A stretch of DNA of 63,985 bases, the filler included, from Hyphochytrium catenoides (Eukaryota; Protista; Hyphochytriomycota): assembly GCA_900088475.1 (NCBI GenBank). It is 15 parts of 15 records of this genome, joined end to end, with 100 filler letters (N's around TTAATTAATTAA, not from the genome) between each part and the next. Parts side by side here need not be neighbours in the genome. Positions count along the whole stretch, not along the records: positions 2,234 to 17,582 come from FLMG01001071.1; positions 17,683 to 22,233 come from FLMG01002093.1; positions 22,334 to 25,206 come from FLMG01003326.1; 12 more parts are not named here. One strand, written 5' to 3'. Position numbers and translations under genes: made by a program. Shown in pieces: positions 10,049-22,590 of the stretch (position 1 is the stretch's first letter; every line of letters begins with the position of its first letter). The notes beneath the pieces are model-generated. The model made no database searches. It worked only from the letters and a program-made list of their open reading frames with translations, and was not told the DNA's origin.

Positions 10049-13000
10049 TTAGAGCACCATCATCCCTCCTGCGCTCATCTTACTACTATTCCCACTATTC
10101 CCAGGCTTTCCGAGCACCAGTTGTGCCCTTCTGAGCCTCCGCACCTTCTTGAAGAACCGAACAAGGGCCTTAGCTGCCCCTTCAAAGGTGTGCCAGCCCA
10201 CCACGACAAAGACTCTGTCTTGAGCATGTAAACGGAGGGAACGGCGAGGCGCGGTGCATACCTCGTACGCGGTAGGATCAAAGGAATCTCTCTCTCTTTC
10301 TCTCTCTCTCTCTGCGCGGTAGAGACCCACCGCAATGCCCTGTCTTCTTCCATCTGAGAAGTAGTCAGACACTTCTCCAAAAGTGACGACTCTTCCTCTC
10401 TCTATCTCTTTGAGGAAAGAGGCTGGGAGAGAGTAGTTGCAGACGAGAGAGGTACTGCCTGCGCCTCCAATGAGTTGCTTGAGCAGACTGTTGATGTTCC
10501 TATTATAGAACGTCTGCGCCACCAGCGCCTCTGTGATCTGAGAAGGATAGAGTCGACCTGCCAAGAAGCGCGGCTGCCGATAGAAAGACTTTCGAGTGTC
10601 TCTCTCTCCCTCTTCTGCGTCCCTTGCTTCTGTCCTCAGTATCCTCTGCCATGTCTCCTGCCACTGTCCTAAGAAAGATGAACAAGTAGAAGTTTCTCCT
10701 TCTTTTTGCTTCTTCTCTTGAAGTTTTGCGCGCATATGGGGAGAGGCAGGGCGGCCATTCGGAGCAGAAGAGACAGCACCATGGGGACGATAGTTCACAC
10801 TAGCTCTCCCATACTGGNNNNNNNNNNNNNNNCACGAAGATCGCGTTTGCATCGGCCAGAAGGTCACCAACCGCCAGATTTCTGGCAGAATCTGTGGGAG
10901 AGCCGCTGGCCAAGATAACGACGGTCCTAGCGCACATTGCCCCAGCTCTGAAGAGCTCTCTATAGGAGAGAGAGGAGCCCCAGACATGGTAGATGTCTCC
11001 AAAAGAAAGAAGCTCCGTGATAGCGCGAGAAGTTGGAGGAACAGAGTCAATGACGGTGACAGGAGGATTGTCTGTCGAGTATACGCCTCGCAGACGAAGA
11101 AGAATGTACTTGAGAGAAGAAAGACCTTGTTCTCCAAGGTTGGAGCAGATGACAATGTGTCTCTTGTCTTTAATCACCTCAAGCGGTGGAGGACGGCTCC
11201 TCAATGGCTCAGGAGAGAGAGAGATGGGCAAAGAGAGAGAGGACTGCATGTCTCTCTCTCCTGGCTCTAGATTGTGCAGGTAGTGAGACTGCGCATGGAC
11301 AGGCTCAGCTACAGGTGGCTGAGGTGCGCTTGGCTTGTATGAAGGTCGGACAGAAATGTGAGAGATACGCCGCCGAGAGGCAGTGCTGTGCCCTAAAGAC
11401 CATTCAGAGTACTGCTCGGAGGCGCGAGGAAGAGTAGTAGAGGTCATTGGCGTGGTGATCGGTAGGGCATCCGGAAGAGAAGAGAGAGGAGAGACTATCT
11501 CCACTCTCAACCCTCTCCCTCTTCCCTCTTGGCTCTTAGTACGACGTGATGTCTCTTCTTGCTCTCTCTCTTCCTTCTTCGCATCTCCCTTGCCTTTGTG
11601 TTCTTTAGCGTCACCCGCTGTCCCGCCTTCTGACGCTCCGTAAGGGAAGAAGAGTCGCGGAGACTGGATGGCGTGGTAAGTTGTCCGAGGCGTAGGATTG
11701 TCTATCTGAAGCTCGGGAGGAATGTTCCAGGACTCACTTCTGCCGTCTTTCCTCATTCTCTTCTCTCCTTTTCTGTCTCCAAGAGAGAGATGCGAAGGCC
11801 CTGCAGCCACCAGTCTAAAGTTCTTCCGTATTCTCTCTCCTTGTTCTCCTCCCTCCAGCAACTCCATCGCTCTCTCTCCGTCCATCGCCACGCCATACTC
11901 ATAAGAAGTCAGGTGATGCTCCGAGAGAACGTAGACCTTCATCGCCGGATAGGTAATCACCTCATGGCCTGGATTGAGCACCAAGATACTCTCCGATGAG
12001 AACGGGGAGAGAGAGGGAGAGAGAGTAGGAGAGAAACCGGAAGAGAGAGATGGAGAGGGAGACGTGACCACCGTCTCCGCGTTGATCACTATAGAGCTAT
12101 CTATCTCTGCTCCCAGAAGAACCACATCCCCGTCAGTGTCCCTAGAAATGGCCCGCGCGGCCTCAAGAAAGGTGAGATGTGCATAATATTCAGAGAGATG
12201 GACCAGGTACATCTCCTTCGTAGCTCCTCGGATGAACGCCTCACAGAAGCTTGCACGCTTTCCTTCTCTCTCTGTCGCTCCTATCTCCACCTCTTTCTCT
12301 TCTTCTCTCTCTCCTGTACCATCACTTCTTCCTGTCGATGTGTTGGCGCTAGAAAGCTGTCCTCTAATTGCAGAAGAGAGCATGGCGTCTCTCTCTACGG
12401 CTCTTCCTTGCCCCACGCTATCAGAGGGAGAAGTCCCCTGATAGTCCGAACGGAAAGTGTTGGTCGTCGCTCTGGTGGCTGTGCTTCGAAGTGACTCTGG
12501 GAGAGAGGCTCTTCTTCTCTTCATCTCTCTCCTAGCTCTCTCTTTCTCTCCCTGTGGCGTCTTCTTCAGTGCTGTTTCGATGCTCTCTAGCACCTCTTCC
12601 TGGGTGCTTTTGAAGACATTGGAGGTGGCGTAGGAAGTAACCACGTTGTAGGCCAATGTCGCGAAGCCTGGGCACCTGCAGGACTGGGCCAAGAGCCCCA
12701 TCTTCACTTCGTCCACACAGATAATGTCGTTCTCTTCCACGCCTGCAGCCTTGACGTGTAGAAGATTGTCCGCTCGAAGAAGGGTGAAGAGGCATCTGGA
12801 GAGAGAGAGAGAAAAAGAGAGAGAGAGAGAAAGAAAGAGAGAGAGAAAGAGAAGGGACAGGGAGACAGGGAGAGCGAGAGGGCAGAGGGATGGGAAAAAG
12901 ACAGGGAATGAGGAAGACAGAAAGAGAAAGAGAAGATAGAAAGACGGAGAGAAAACGGTGGATAGACGGAGGCGTTAGAACAAAACACTGCACAGGAAGC

Positions 13001-13404
13001 TAGCCAATAAGCAGAGTCCCGCCCCTCAGTCAAGAAGAACTGAGCTTCTCTTGTTCTCTCGCTCTCTCTTTCTCTATATCACCCTCGATATCTCTCCCCT
13101 AAGCTAACTATCAGTCTCTCTCTCTCTCTCTCTTTTCTAAAGTCTATTTCTCTCTCACCTGATTCTTTGCCCTACGTTCCTCCTGACAGAGAGAAGGTTC
13201 ATGAGGTTCACGGTGTCTTCTTCGTCAGGGTTCTGAGCTTGAAGAAAGGGAAGAAAGAAGATTGCCTGCGCCCTGCTGGCCTGCGCCTTGCTCAGATCTT
13301 CAAGGGAGAGAGCGCTCCCTTGAATGTAATATATTCTCTTGGCCATAAGAGGACTAGAGCCAATCTTGCTCAATAAGCCCTTCACAAGAGAGAGAGAAAG
13401 AAAG

Positions 13405-13435
<31 letters not shown>

Positions 13436-13930
13436 GTCAGAGAACAAAGAGAGCAAGACAGAGAACGTTGAAAAGAGAAGCAAACGCAGCAGGAAGCAAG
13501 AGAGCAAACTGAGGTGGGAAAAGCCATTCATATTCCAACTCCTCAAAGTCAAGCAAAGTACAGAGAGAGAGAGTGAGAGAGAGAGAGAGAGTGAGAGAGA
13601 GAGTGAGAGAGAGAGAGAGAGAGGCAAAATCCTTGGAAGGAGTAGAGCGAACAATGGTAGAAGGAGCAGCGAAGAAAGAGGGACAAAGATAGAAACGGCC
13701 TACTCTCTCTTTCTCTCCTGCTCACCTCAAGGTATGGCGCGTTCTTGTCTCCTAGAAAGACAACTCTGAGATTGGCCCCATGCTCATGATCTTTGTGCAG
13801 AATCTCTCTCAGAAAGGCGTCCACTTGCTCTGAGGACGGGTTGCCCAGGACGATGACGTGGGAAGAGTTGGGCTTCACGCGGTATGGCTTCTTTCCTGCT
13901 GTGGACATCTAACAGGAGAGAGAGAGAGAC

Positions 13931-13969
<39 letters not shown>

Positions 13970-14921
13970 TGCTGAGGGTTAGGGGGAGAAGGTGATCTGC
14001 ATGGTAAGGAAGACGAAGAGGGACAAATGGAGCTGGAAGAGACACACAGAAAGAAAGAGAGAGAGGCAAAAGAGGTGTAACAAAGACAATGGAGGAGAAG
14101 AGAGCAGGAGCGGAAAAAGGAGGCGCGCAGGTGCTAGATAGAGGAGTCCCTAATACCAGCAGAATCGAGGAAAGGCATGACTGGAGAGACAGTGGATAGG
14201 GAGAGGAGAAGAGAGACGCCCGAAAGAGATGAAGAGTGGGAGAATACACCGAGGAAAGGAAAGATTTTGAAAAAAGACTTGCAGATATTATCNNNNNNNN
14301 NNNNNNNNNNNNNNNNNNNNNNNNNNNNNNNNNNNNNNNNNNNNNNNNNNNNNNNNNNNNNNNNNNNNNNNNNNNNNNNNNNNNNNNNNNNNNNNNNNNN
14401 NNNNNNNNNNNNNNGGCATCGAGGCTCCCCTGGTACCTGCAGAAGGTCCAAAGCCTTGTCAAGGTTCAGGGAGAAGACGACAATGCCGAAGACAATCAGA
14501 CTGATCACGAAGAGTCTTGAAAGCAGCGTCGTGGGAACAAAGTCTCCATAGCCCACAGAAGTGAGAGTGACGACCGTGAAATATAATGCGGATGACACTC
14601 CACCTGCAAGAGAAGAGAGAGAGAGATACAATGAGAGAGGAAGGAAGTGAGAGAGAAAAAGAGAGAGAGAAGAGGCAGCAGTTGAGTGAACGTTCATTAG
14701 GTAATGAGCCTACACAAAACGCGGATACTCATAATCGAGCTAGAATCAAGCTAGAGCAAAGAAAGAAGAGAGAGAAAAAGAGAGAAAAAGAAGGCCTAAA
14801 AGCGAAAGACATTTTAGAAGGAATACAGGGAGGGAGAGAGGAAGAGAGAGTGCGACAGCCGCCAGAGAGAGAGGGAGAGAGAAACGGATATATAACGCAG
14901 CCAGAGAGAGAAAAGAGAGAG

Positions 14922-14960
<39 letters not shown>

Positions 14961-15877
14961 AAGAGAGAGAAACAGAGAGAGAGAGAAAGAAAGAGAGAGA
15001 GAGAAACAGAGAGAGAGAGAGAAAGAGAGAGAAAGAAAGAGAGAGAGAGAGAGAGAAAAGAGCAAAACCGCTTCGCGGCTGGCTCAGTGACTTACCTATC
15101 TCTCTACAGTCCATGGTGTCGTCTTCTAGGTTAAGATCTATGCTTGCCTCTCTCACCTGTCCCGTTGCGATGTTGGTGCAGCGCCAGACGTGAGCGATGA
15201 AAGTCTCCAGCCCAGGAATCTCTCCCAAGCTCTCCAACATAAAGACGAGCCCCGAGGCGAAGAGGATCAACCAGGTCACGCGGAACCACAGTCTTAAGGA
15301 GAGAGGAAGATGAGAAAGAAATTCAGAATGAGATCAAAGGTAAAGGGAGAGAAGGGAGAGAGCGCGAAGAAAGAGAATGTGCGAGGGAGAGAGAGAGAGA
15401 GAAATGAGAGGAAGAAGGGAAAAGAAAGAGATCAAGATGCCCTAAACAATCAATAGGCAACACTACTACGAGGCAAGGCACAGAAGGTGACGTGCAGCTC
15501 AGCCAAGAGAGCGCAACTCAAGCACAGAGAGAGAGAGAGACAGAGAGAGAGAGAGACAGAGAGAGAGAGACAGAGAGAGAGAGAGGGAGAGAAGCTAAAA
15601 TCTTCCTCCACCATTTCCTTACCTGAAGATCTGCACTCCCTTCGAGCTCCTGGGGAAGTTAGGGTCCACATCCTGGACGATTCTCCAGATGAGCAGCGTG
15701 CGCGCCCAGTCAAAGTCCATCCAGGTCCTGAAGGTCACTCCTTCCTCTTCCACTGCCGCCCCATACGCGATGGCAAAGTGTGAGGTGATGGCCGCGACGT
15801 CCATCACTTCAATGGGATGCAGGACAAAGGTTACCTTGTCCCTGATTATCGTTGAGAAGGGAGGGAGAGAGAAAGAA

Positions 15878-15924
<47 letters not shown>

Positions 15925-15991
15925 GAGAGAGAGAAACAGAGAGAGAGAAACAGAGAGAGAGAGAGGGAGAGAGAAACAGAGAGAGACAGAC

Positions 15992-16035
<44 letters not shown>

Positions 16036-16259
16036 GAGAGAGACAGGTTAGAAAGCTTGAACATGTGGATGCAAAATGGCCAAAGAGTCGGTGATCGCAA
16101 GGTGAGAACGGATTGAAGTCGGAGAGGAGAGAAAGAGTCAAGAGAAGAGCAAGAACCCTTCTGAAACGAGAGAAGGAGACCGAAACGCAGCCCAAGCGGA
16201 GAGTGGGCAAGGGTAACGGAAGTAATAGACCATTGTGCACAGAGAGAGAAAGAGAAGGA

Positions 16260-16309
<50 letters not shown>

Positions 16310-17247
16310 AGAGAAGAGAAACTAAATTTCCTACCTGGCGGCTAGAAAGCGTACGATGTAGTCCATGATGCAGATGATATAGAGGAAGGTCGCGATGTAA
16401 TAAGGAAGAGTCACCACGCGATAACTGCCCATGCGTGCCACTGAATATAGTGATACGAGAGAGAGAGAGATGGAAAGAAAGGAAATTAAAATGGGGAAAG
16501 GGGAGGAAGAGGAGGAGAAAATATAAGAAAGGGGAATTATACCAAGGTAATTTTTATGCCGAGGCGGCAATAACAGAGCGTGCAACAAAAGCAAGACAGA
16601 CAGACTGAGAGAGAGAAAGAGAGAGGGAGAAGAAGGGAGAGAGAACAGAGAACAGAGACTCAACAACCCAGACAAAGAGCACAGGGAGCTGCAAAGAGTA
16701 GATGGTCTGTTCCTGTCTCTTGACTTACTGAAGAGGACGTAGATGCCGATAGAGGCTATCGTCTGACCCACACGGTTCTAATCGACAGAAGACGGTCAGC
16801 CCACACAGATTGTAAGCGGGCGCAAGGAGACGTAGCGTCCAATGAAAGAGAGAGACAGAGAAAGAGATCTTTCTCTGATGGAACGACAGATCAAGGTTGT
16901 AGAGCAGAATAGATCGACTTTAAGAGGAAAGGCGAAAGGCATCCTTGAGAAGCAATAGAGAGAAGCTGGAACTATGATCAAAAAGGATGAGAGAGAAAGA
17001 GCGAGAGCCAAGCTTCCGCCTCCCTCCCTCATATTCATTTTCTCTCTCGCTCGCTCTCTCTCTCCCTTTCTTTCCCTTCTCTATGTCTCTGTCTCTCGTA
17101 CCATGATGATGGCCGTGTCTGAGGTCCTGGCCCAGGCCATGAGGCGTGTGTTTCTCGAGTAGACTCGGTACTGGAGCATCGCCTGCACTGTCCGTCGATG
17201 GTAAAAGTAGACAGTCCCCGACCAGAGGATTGCAATCACCAAGAGAC
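10049..17247 (-). CDS. BK/Slo-like (Ca2+-activated-type) K+ channel with two RCK domains; 5' end incomplete. Exons 17247-17102, 16777-16729, 16440-16335, 15841-15623, 15292-15096, 14603-14437, 13908-13726, 13379-13159, 12795-10049 (N gap at 10818-10832)
   Basis: TM helices; pore YFTVVTLTSVGYGDFVP; RCK1 HVIVLG..FLREILH, YIQGSAL..DL.KA, IICVDEVKMGLLAQSCRCPGFATL; RCK2 HIVIC, GSSLSYRELFRAG, QPRFLAG..LVAQTFYN, GLYR, DRVFVV. All mapped introns are GT-AG and in phase. Confidence 0.92.
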
Positions 17248-17682
17248 CTGACCACATAAAGGAGAGAGACCGAGAGAGAGAAAAAAGGGGAAGAATGGGG
17301 AGAGAGGAGGAGCCAGAAAGAAAGAGAAGTAGGAGAAAGGAAAGAGAGAGAGAGAGAGAAGGGAGAGAAAGAGACAGAGAGATGGTAGATGGGGTGAGCG
17401 ACTATAGGAACGAAGGGAGAAGAGATAGAGACAGACAGATGGAGACTGAAGAGAGAAGAAAGAGTAAATTAAATTAACCGAGGAGACGAAAGTTTTTGAG
17501 ACCCAACGAGGAAGGAGACAGACAAAGACAGACGCGAGAAGAGAAAAAGAAAGAGAGACGCGGAGAGAGAGAGAGAGAGAGANNNNNNNNNNNNNNNNNN
17601 NNNNNNNNNNNNNNNNNNNNNNNNNNTTAATTAATTAANNNNNNNNNNNNNNNNNNNNNNNNNNNNNNNNNNNNNNNNNNNN

Positions 17683-18700
17683 CCAACTCGCTATCCTTTC
17701 TTATCCGCTAGCTAGCTCCGCTGCTCTATCTCTTATCCCACTGTCCTTCCTTACCCTAAGCTAACCCGCTTGTCTTTCTTTTATCCCTAATTCTTTCCCG
17801 ACCTGTTGCGCTTGCTAACCCGCCTGTTCTGCTCGGCATCTCTAGCCCTAAGCCATTTACTAGCCCGCTGCTCATTCTCATCTTCGCTGGCCTTGTCGTA
17901 TCCAGCTGCTCTTTTCCTAAACGGCTGCTACTTCTCGCCCTAACCTGCCGCCGTCTCCGTAGCCTACTGCCCTATCTCTTACACGCTGCCGATCCCCAAC
18001 CCGCTGTCCTAACCCGCTACGCTGCCCTAACCCGCCGCCCTAACCTCCCGCCTTAAGCTGCGCGCTAACTTACCGCCCTGTCGCGCCGCGCTCTCCGTAC
18101 TCTGCTGCACGAACCCTTACCCGCTGCTGTTCGCTAACCCACTGCCCTAACCCGCTGCCCTAACCCGCTACCCTGCCCTAACCCCGCTCTTATCATTCAC
18201 CGCCTGTTTCCACTGCTCGCTGCCTGCCCTAACCCTCTGCCTTAACCCGCTGCCTTAACCCGCTGCCCTAACCCGCTGCCCTAACGCGCTTTTATAATCT
18301 ACTGCCTTATTCCACTCCCAAAAACCACTGCTGTGACCGTTGTAGCAACCCGCTGCCACAATCTGCTGCCGACACCCCTTGGTTCACTAACCGCTTCCAT
18401 ATACCGCTATCCCTGCCATAAACTTAACATTTNNNNNNNNNNNNNNNCGCTGTCAAATTCCTCCGCCATAACTTCCTGCCATAAACCACTGCTTTCAATC
18501 GCTGCCACCAACGGCTGCCTTTTTCCTCATCGCTGCTTTCTTTGTAAAGCGTGCTGCTATCTTCCTATCCCGCTGCGGTTTCCTATCTCACTGCCCGTTC
18601 ACTAACGCGCAACCCGTTCATTAGCCCGCGGCCATAACGCGCTGCTATAATCAGCGGCCATTCTAAATTACTGCGGTATCCCCCTGTCATAACCCTAATG
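17683..18700 (+). repeat. Degenerate telomere-like satellite; best unit CCCTAACCCGCTG (13 bp), grading into CCGCTGCCATAA variants
   Basis: Many CCCTAA/CCTTAA-CCCGCTG units at 17935-18290, at the start of a contig, in CCCTAA orientation. Confidence 0.7.
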
Positions 18701-20144
18701 CTCTCTGAATCGTATCCTTGTCCGGCTGGTGATTTTGCTCCTGTCCTGAATGCTTTCTACTTTTACTCCTACTCATCAAGTCTCCTCGCTCCTACTCCGC
18801 GTTCTGTTTTACTACCCTTAACCTCGCGAACTCCGTTCTCGGTATAAATCTTTTTTGATGCTCTTTCTCTTTTATGCTTTTCCTCTTCATCATTCTTTCC
18901 TGATTAGCATTGCTAGCCTGAGATTCTCTTTAAATTTGCCTCGATATACCTATTTCCCCTACTCGAATTTGTCTCCCTCTTCTCCACCACTTCTCTATCC
19001 CTTCTCGCGAACTGTATCCTTTGTACAACTCTTCTTGGTGTTCTTTGCGTGTTTTGCTCTTCGTCCGTCATCAGTTGTTCTTCCTAAACTGCTTTCTTAT
19101 TGCCCCTCCTAGCTTCTAAAATTCTTCCACTCTACCTTCCGTTCGCTCTACTCCTTTGCTCCTGTCCTCTATTCTTCCCACTGCTTCTCTAATAACTACA
19201 ATTTGTCAGTTACTCCTACTTACCCGCTCCTGCTTCACTCGGCGTTTTCTCACGAACTCACTAACTCGCACTCTAATAAATCACCTAACCCTCGATTGTC
19301 CCTCACTCCTGCTTCTATCTTTCCTGCGGTTGTCCCTCACTCCTACTTCTAGCTTTCCTGCAGGTAAGAAAATGGAGGCAGTAGGGTAGAAGAAGCGGGA
19401 GCCGACGCATGGAGCATGCTCCGTGCCTTGGTCGAGTAAGGGAGAAAAGACGACGGGCCTTTTTCTTTCTCCTTTGTTCCTTCTTCTACGCTTGCATCAT
19501 CCTTTTTATCGGTCTACTCATGCATCCTTTATATCTCTTCCCTCCCTTTGTAACCTTCTTCCCGGTGACAAGCGGCAGGAATGTGGGCCGAAGATGACTG
19601 GAGGAAGAAAGGTGGACAGATGGAGTGTCCGTATTGAAAAATGTATAAACTTGGGTTAGGAAAAGGAGAAATAAAACAGAGGGGGAAAGGAGGGGCCTGC
19701 ATCCCAATTGATGCTCCCTCTCTACTGACGCTCTGTCGATTTCTTTGTCTGCCAGATATATAGATCTCTCGATCTCCGCACTACTCTCTCACAATAACAT
19801 AGACGATAGGGAAACACAAGAGGAGAAAGATATCAAGGACCACCGGAAGGAGCGAGAAGAAGAGAGAAAAAGAGAGAAAGAAAAGCAGAAACATTGTCTC
19901 CTTAGTGGTATCGTTAGAAGAGCAAGAAGGTGCCTCGGCAGGACTTATAATAGGGAGGGTACCTGCTATTCTGTCAAGGTGGCAGACGAGAGGAGAGAAA
20001 CACCACCCTTCATAACTCTGTGGCTCTTCTCGTTTATTTCTCCCTCCGGGCTCTTCATTCACTTCATTCGTTCTTCTCCTCGACCTCCGAGTTCTCTTTT
20101 TATCTTTCTCTATCGCGTTTTCTTGTCTGCTATTAGCATTAGCT

Positions 20145-20955
20145 TACGATTTGAATTTCTTCCAAGACCGGAGAACGAAAAGGCACGGTTCATTGCAAAG
20201 GCAACTGGAGATAATGCCGATGGTATGTTGGGTCTTCTTGATTCGCCGTCCTTTGCCCGAAGCCCTTTGGGGAAAACAGATCGCTTCCCCTGTCTCGATA
20301 AACCGCTTGCAGATTTCCTGCCAACGCTGTCTCTGCTCTGCTTTCCTGCGTTCGTCCCTCACCGGCTTTGCCATAAGAAGCTGTCTGCGGCTTCCGATAA
20401 AAACCCACCTCAACCTTTCTCCTCTACCGCCCCCTTTCTTTTGAGGTAGGCTCTATTCACTTATCATGGGGAACGCAGGTCATGAGAGAAAGGAAATGCA
20501 AATTATCTGATGTAGATGACAAAAAAGGGGGAAATTCCAACAAGAGATAGGTGTCCAGAGCATGCAACTGTGACTCCGAACGAGCGGTGCGAAGAAAAAG
20601 ACATAGAAAAGAGCTGCGGACAACAGTAGCTAAAAGAGGGGATGAAGGGCAGCTACGAGCACGAGATAGGTGCCCTACCAGTCAAGAAACGCCAGGGTTG
20701 AATCAGCCCATAACCCGGAAGTGCTGGTCCTTCCGTGCCACTGTTCAACGTTGTCTATGATAACTTCATTCTTCATCTTCTAGTAGTTTCTTCCCTTACG
20801 CGTGTGTTTTTCTGTTTGCAGAAGGTCCCTATATGCCGGAGGCGTTCTCTATGCTGGGTCTCCCGTAGTTTAGTCTCTGAATCTATCTGTCCATGGACTC
20901 TTTCTTCAGGCATCTCTTGATAATCAGAATAACGATAGTCAGGAGAAGAAGAACC
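20145..20955 (-). CDS. Probable exons of a multi-exon hypothetical protein
   Basis: AG/GT-bounded open segments: SSSPDYRYSDYQEMPEERVHGQIDSETKLRETQHRERLRHIGTFCKQKNTR|GTAAG; TTLNSGTEGPALPGYGLIQPWRFLT; …QRWQEICKRFIETGEAICFP…KKFK|GTAAG. No family recognised. Confidence 0.4.
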
Positions 20956-21183
20956 TGTAGCGACGATGGAGCTTGCAAGATGAGACAAAGAGTTGGGCCA
21001 ATTCAGAATTGAGGAGACTGAGGAGGGGATGCTAGGACGTAGCACTAAGAACCTATTCATTAGAAACTAGAAGGAAAGAGTGATGTAGCGGAAGCCGCTG
21101 CAAAGAGAAACATGATATGGAATGTTGAGGTTTGGTATCACTTTGGGAGTTGGGAGCGATAGAAAAGAAGGTCAGATTAGATA

Positions 21184-21288
21184 AGAAGGCTTCTGCTTCA
21201 AGATCGGGCTAAGACTTACACATGAGCAGAGATGCAGAAGGATTCTGCTTCAAGATCGGGCTAAGACTTACACATGAGCAGAGATGCA
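21184..21288. repeat. Near-perfect 52-bp tandem duplication
   Basis: AGAAGG(C/A)TTCTGCTTCAAGATCGGGCTAAGACTTACACATGAGCAGAGATGC twice, one mismatch. Confidence 0.9.
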
Positions 21289-21667
21289 GGTTTGGCAGGT
21301 AGAGAATGAGAGGCGGGCGCAATGGGAAAATGAACAGTGGTTGAAAGAAAATAGACTCAGTGTCTTACACATATTAAGATATATCTATGAAGAGAAGAGA
21401 AAGAGGAACAAGGAAAAAAAAGAGTGATGGACGGGAGAGGCCAGGTAATGTGTGATCAAGCGAAGCGATGACCAATAGAAGTTAGTGAAGCTATCTAAAC
21501 GGTGATCATAGCTACGAGGAAGAAAGAAGAAGGAAGAGATAGATTAGGCTAAATAAGTAAGGACAGAAAGCCTGCCTGGATGAAGAAAGGGAGAGCTAGG
21601 GTTCTTTTTAGCCCCTCCGGCGAAGTGGAGGAGAGAGGCAGTTGAGAAGCTACATGCCAGCCTGTGA

Positions 21668-21700
21668 TGTAGGGTTAGGAACCCTAACCCTAACCCTACA
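21668..21700. repeat. Inverted telomere-motif hairpin TGTAGGGTTAGG-N9-CCTAACCCTACA
   Basis: Perfect 12-bp arms; the right half holds three AACCCT units. Confidence 0.85.
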
Positions 21701-22590
21701 CGGGAGAATAGAAGACCGTAAGACTAGGGAGCTATATCAGGGGCCGTCGTGAGAAAAGCGAAGAAGAAAGCGAAGCAGAGTCTTTATTCCCCTCCTTTCT
21801 GGCAGCCACTGGCTGACTCCTAGTGTAGGCGCTTGGGGATAAGGGTCAGCCTGCCTCTCAGTTTTGGGCGCTGAGACCCATGCACCCACCAGTCAATTCT
21901 CATCCTATGGCTAAGTCCTAAATAGAATTAGTACAACAACGACTAGCTGCACGGCAGAGGTCGCTAATAAGGCCCAATGTTGAAGTGATCTTTGTACCCC
22001 AGGTATGCACTAATCTCATGAGAACGGTCAGTGTTCGCAGCGTATGATTGGAAGATCATGGACGACATCCTTGAGATTGTTAGAGCCCCTTCGGACGGAG
22101 AGAGCAGTAGAAAGAGAAAGATAGGTCATAGACGCTCTAGAAAGTAGTAGAGTGCAGGGGCTATAAGTGACGCTATTAGAAGTGTTCGTCAGCGCTGGTG
22201 GTGGGTAAAATAGAAGAGGAGTGACAGAGCTTCNNNNNNNNNNNNNNNNNNNNNNNNNNNNNNNNNNNNNNNNNNNNTTAATTAATTAANNNNNNNNNNN
22301 NNNNNNNNNNNNNNNNNNNNNNNNNNNNNNNNNCCTGCATTCAGCGGTGCCCGAATGGTCGAGGATAGATGAAGCAGACGAAAGGAGAAGAAGAAGTGGA
22401 GAGAAAGGATAAGGAACGTTAAGAGATTATGGCAGACGAGAAGCAGAATGATCGTGAGAGTAAACGTCATCACCTTACAGAAAAGAACCACCGCAGCGGT
22501 GAAGGCGGCAATAGTAGCACAATGGAACGTCTTACGTCAAATACAGAGGTCGAGAGGTGTAAAGAGACAAGGGAAGGATCAAACCTCAAA

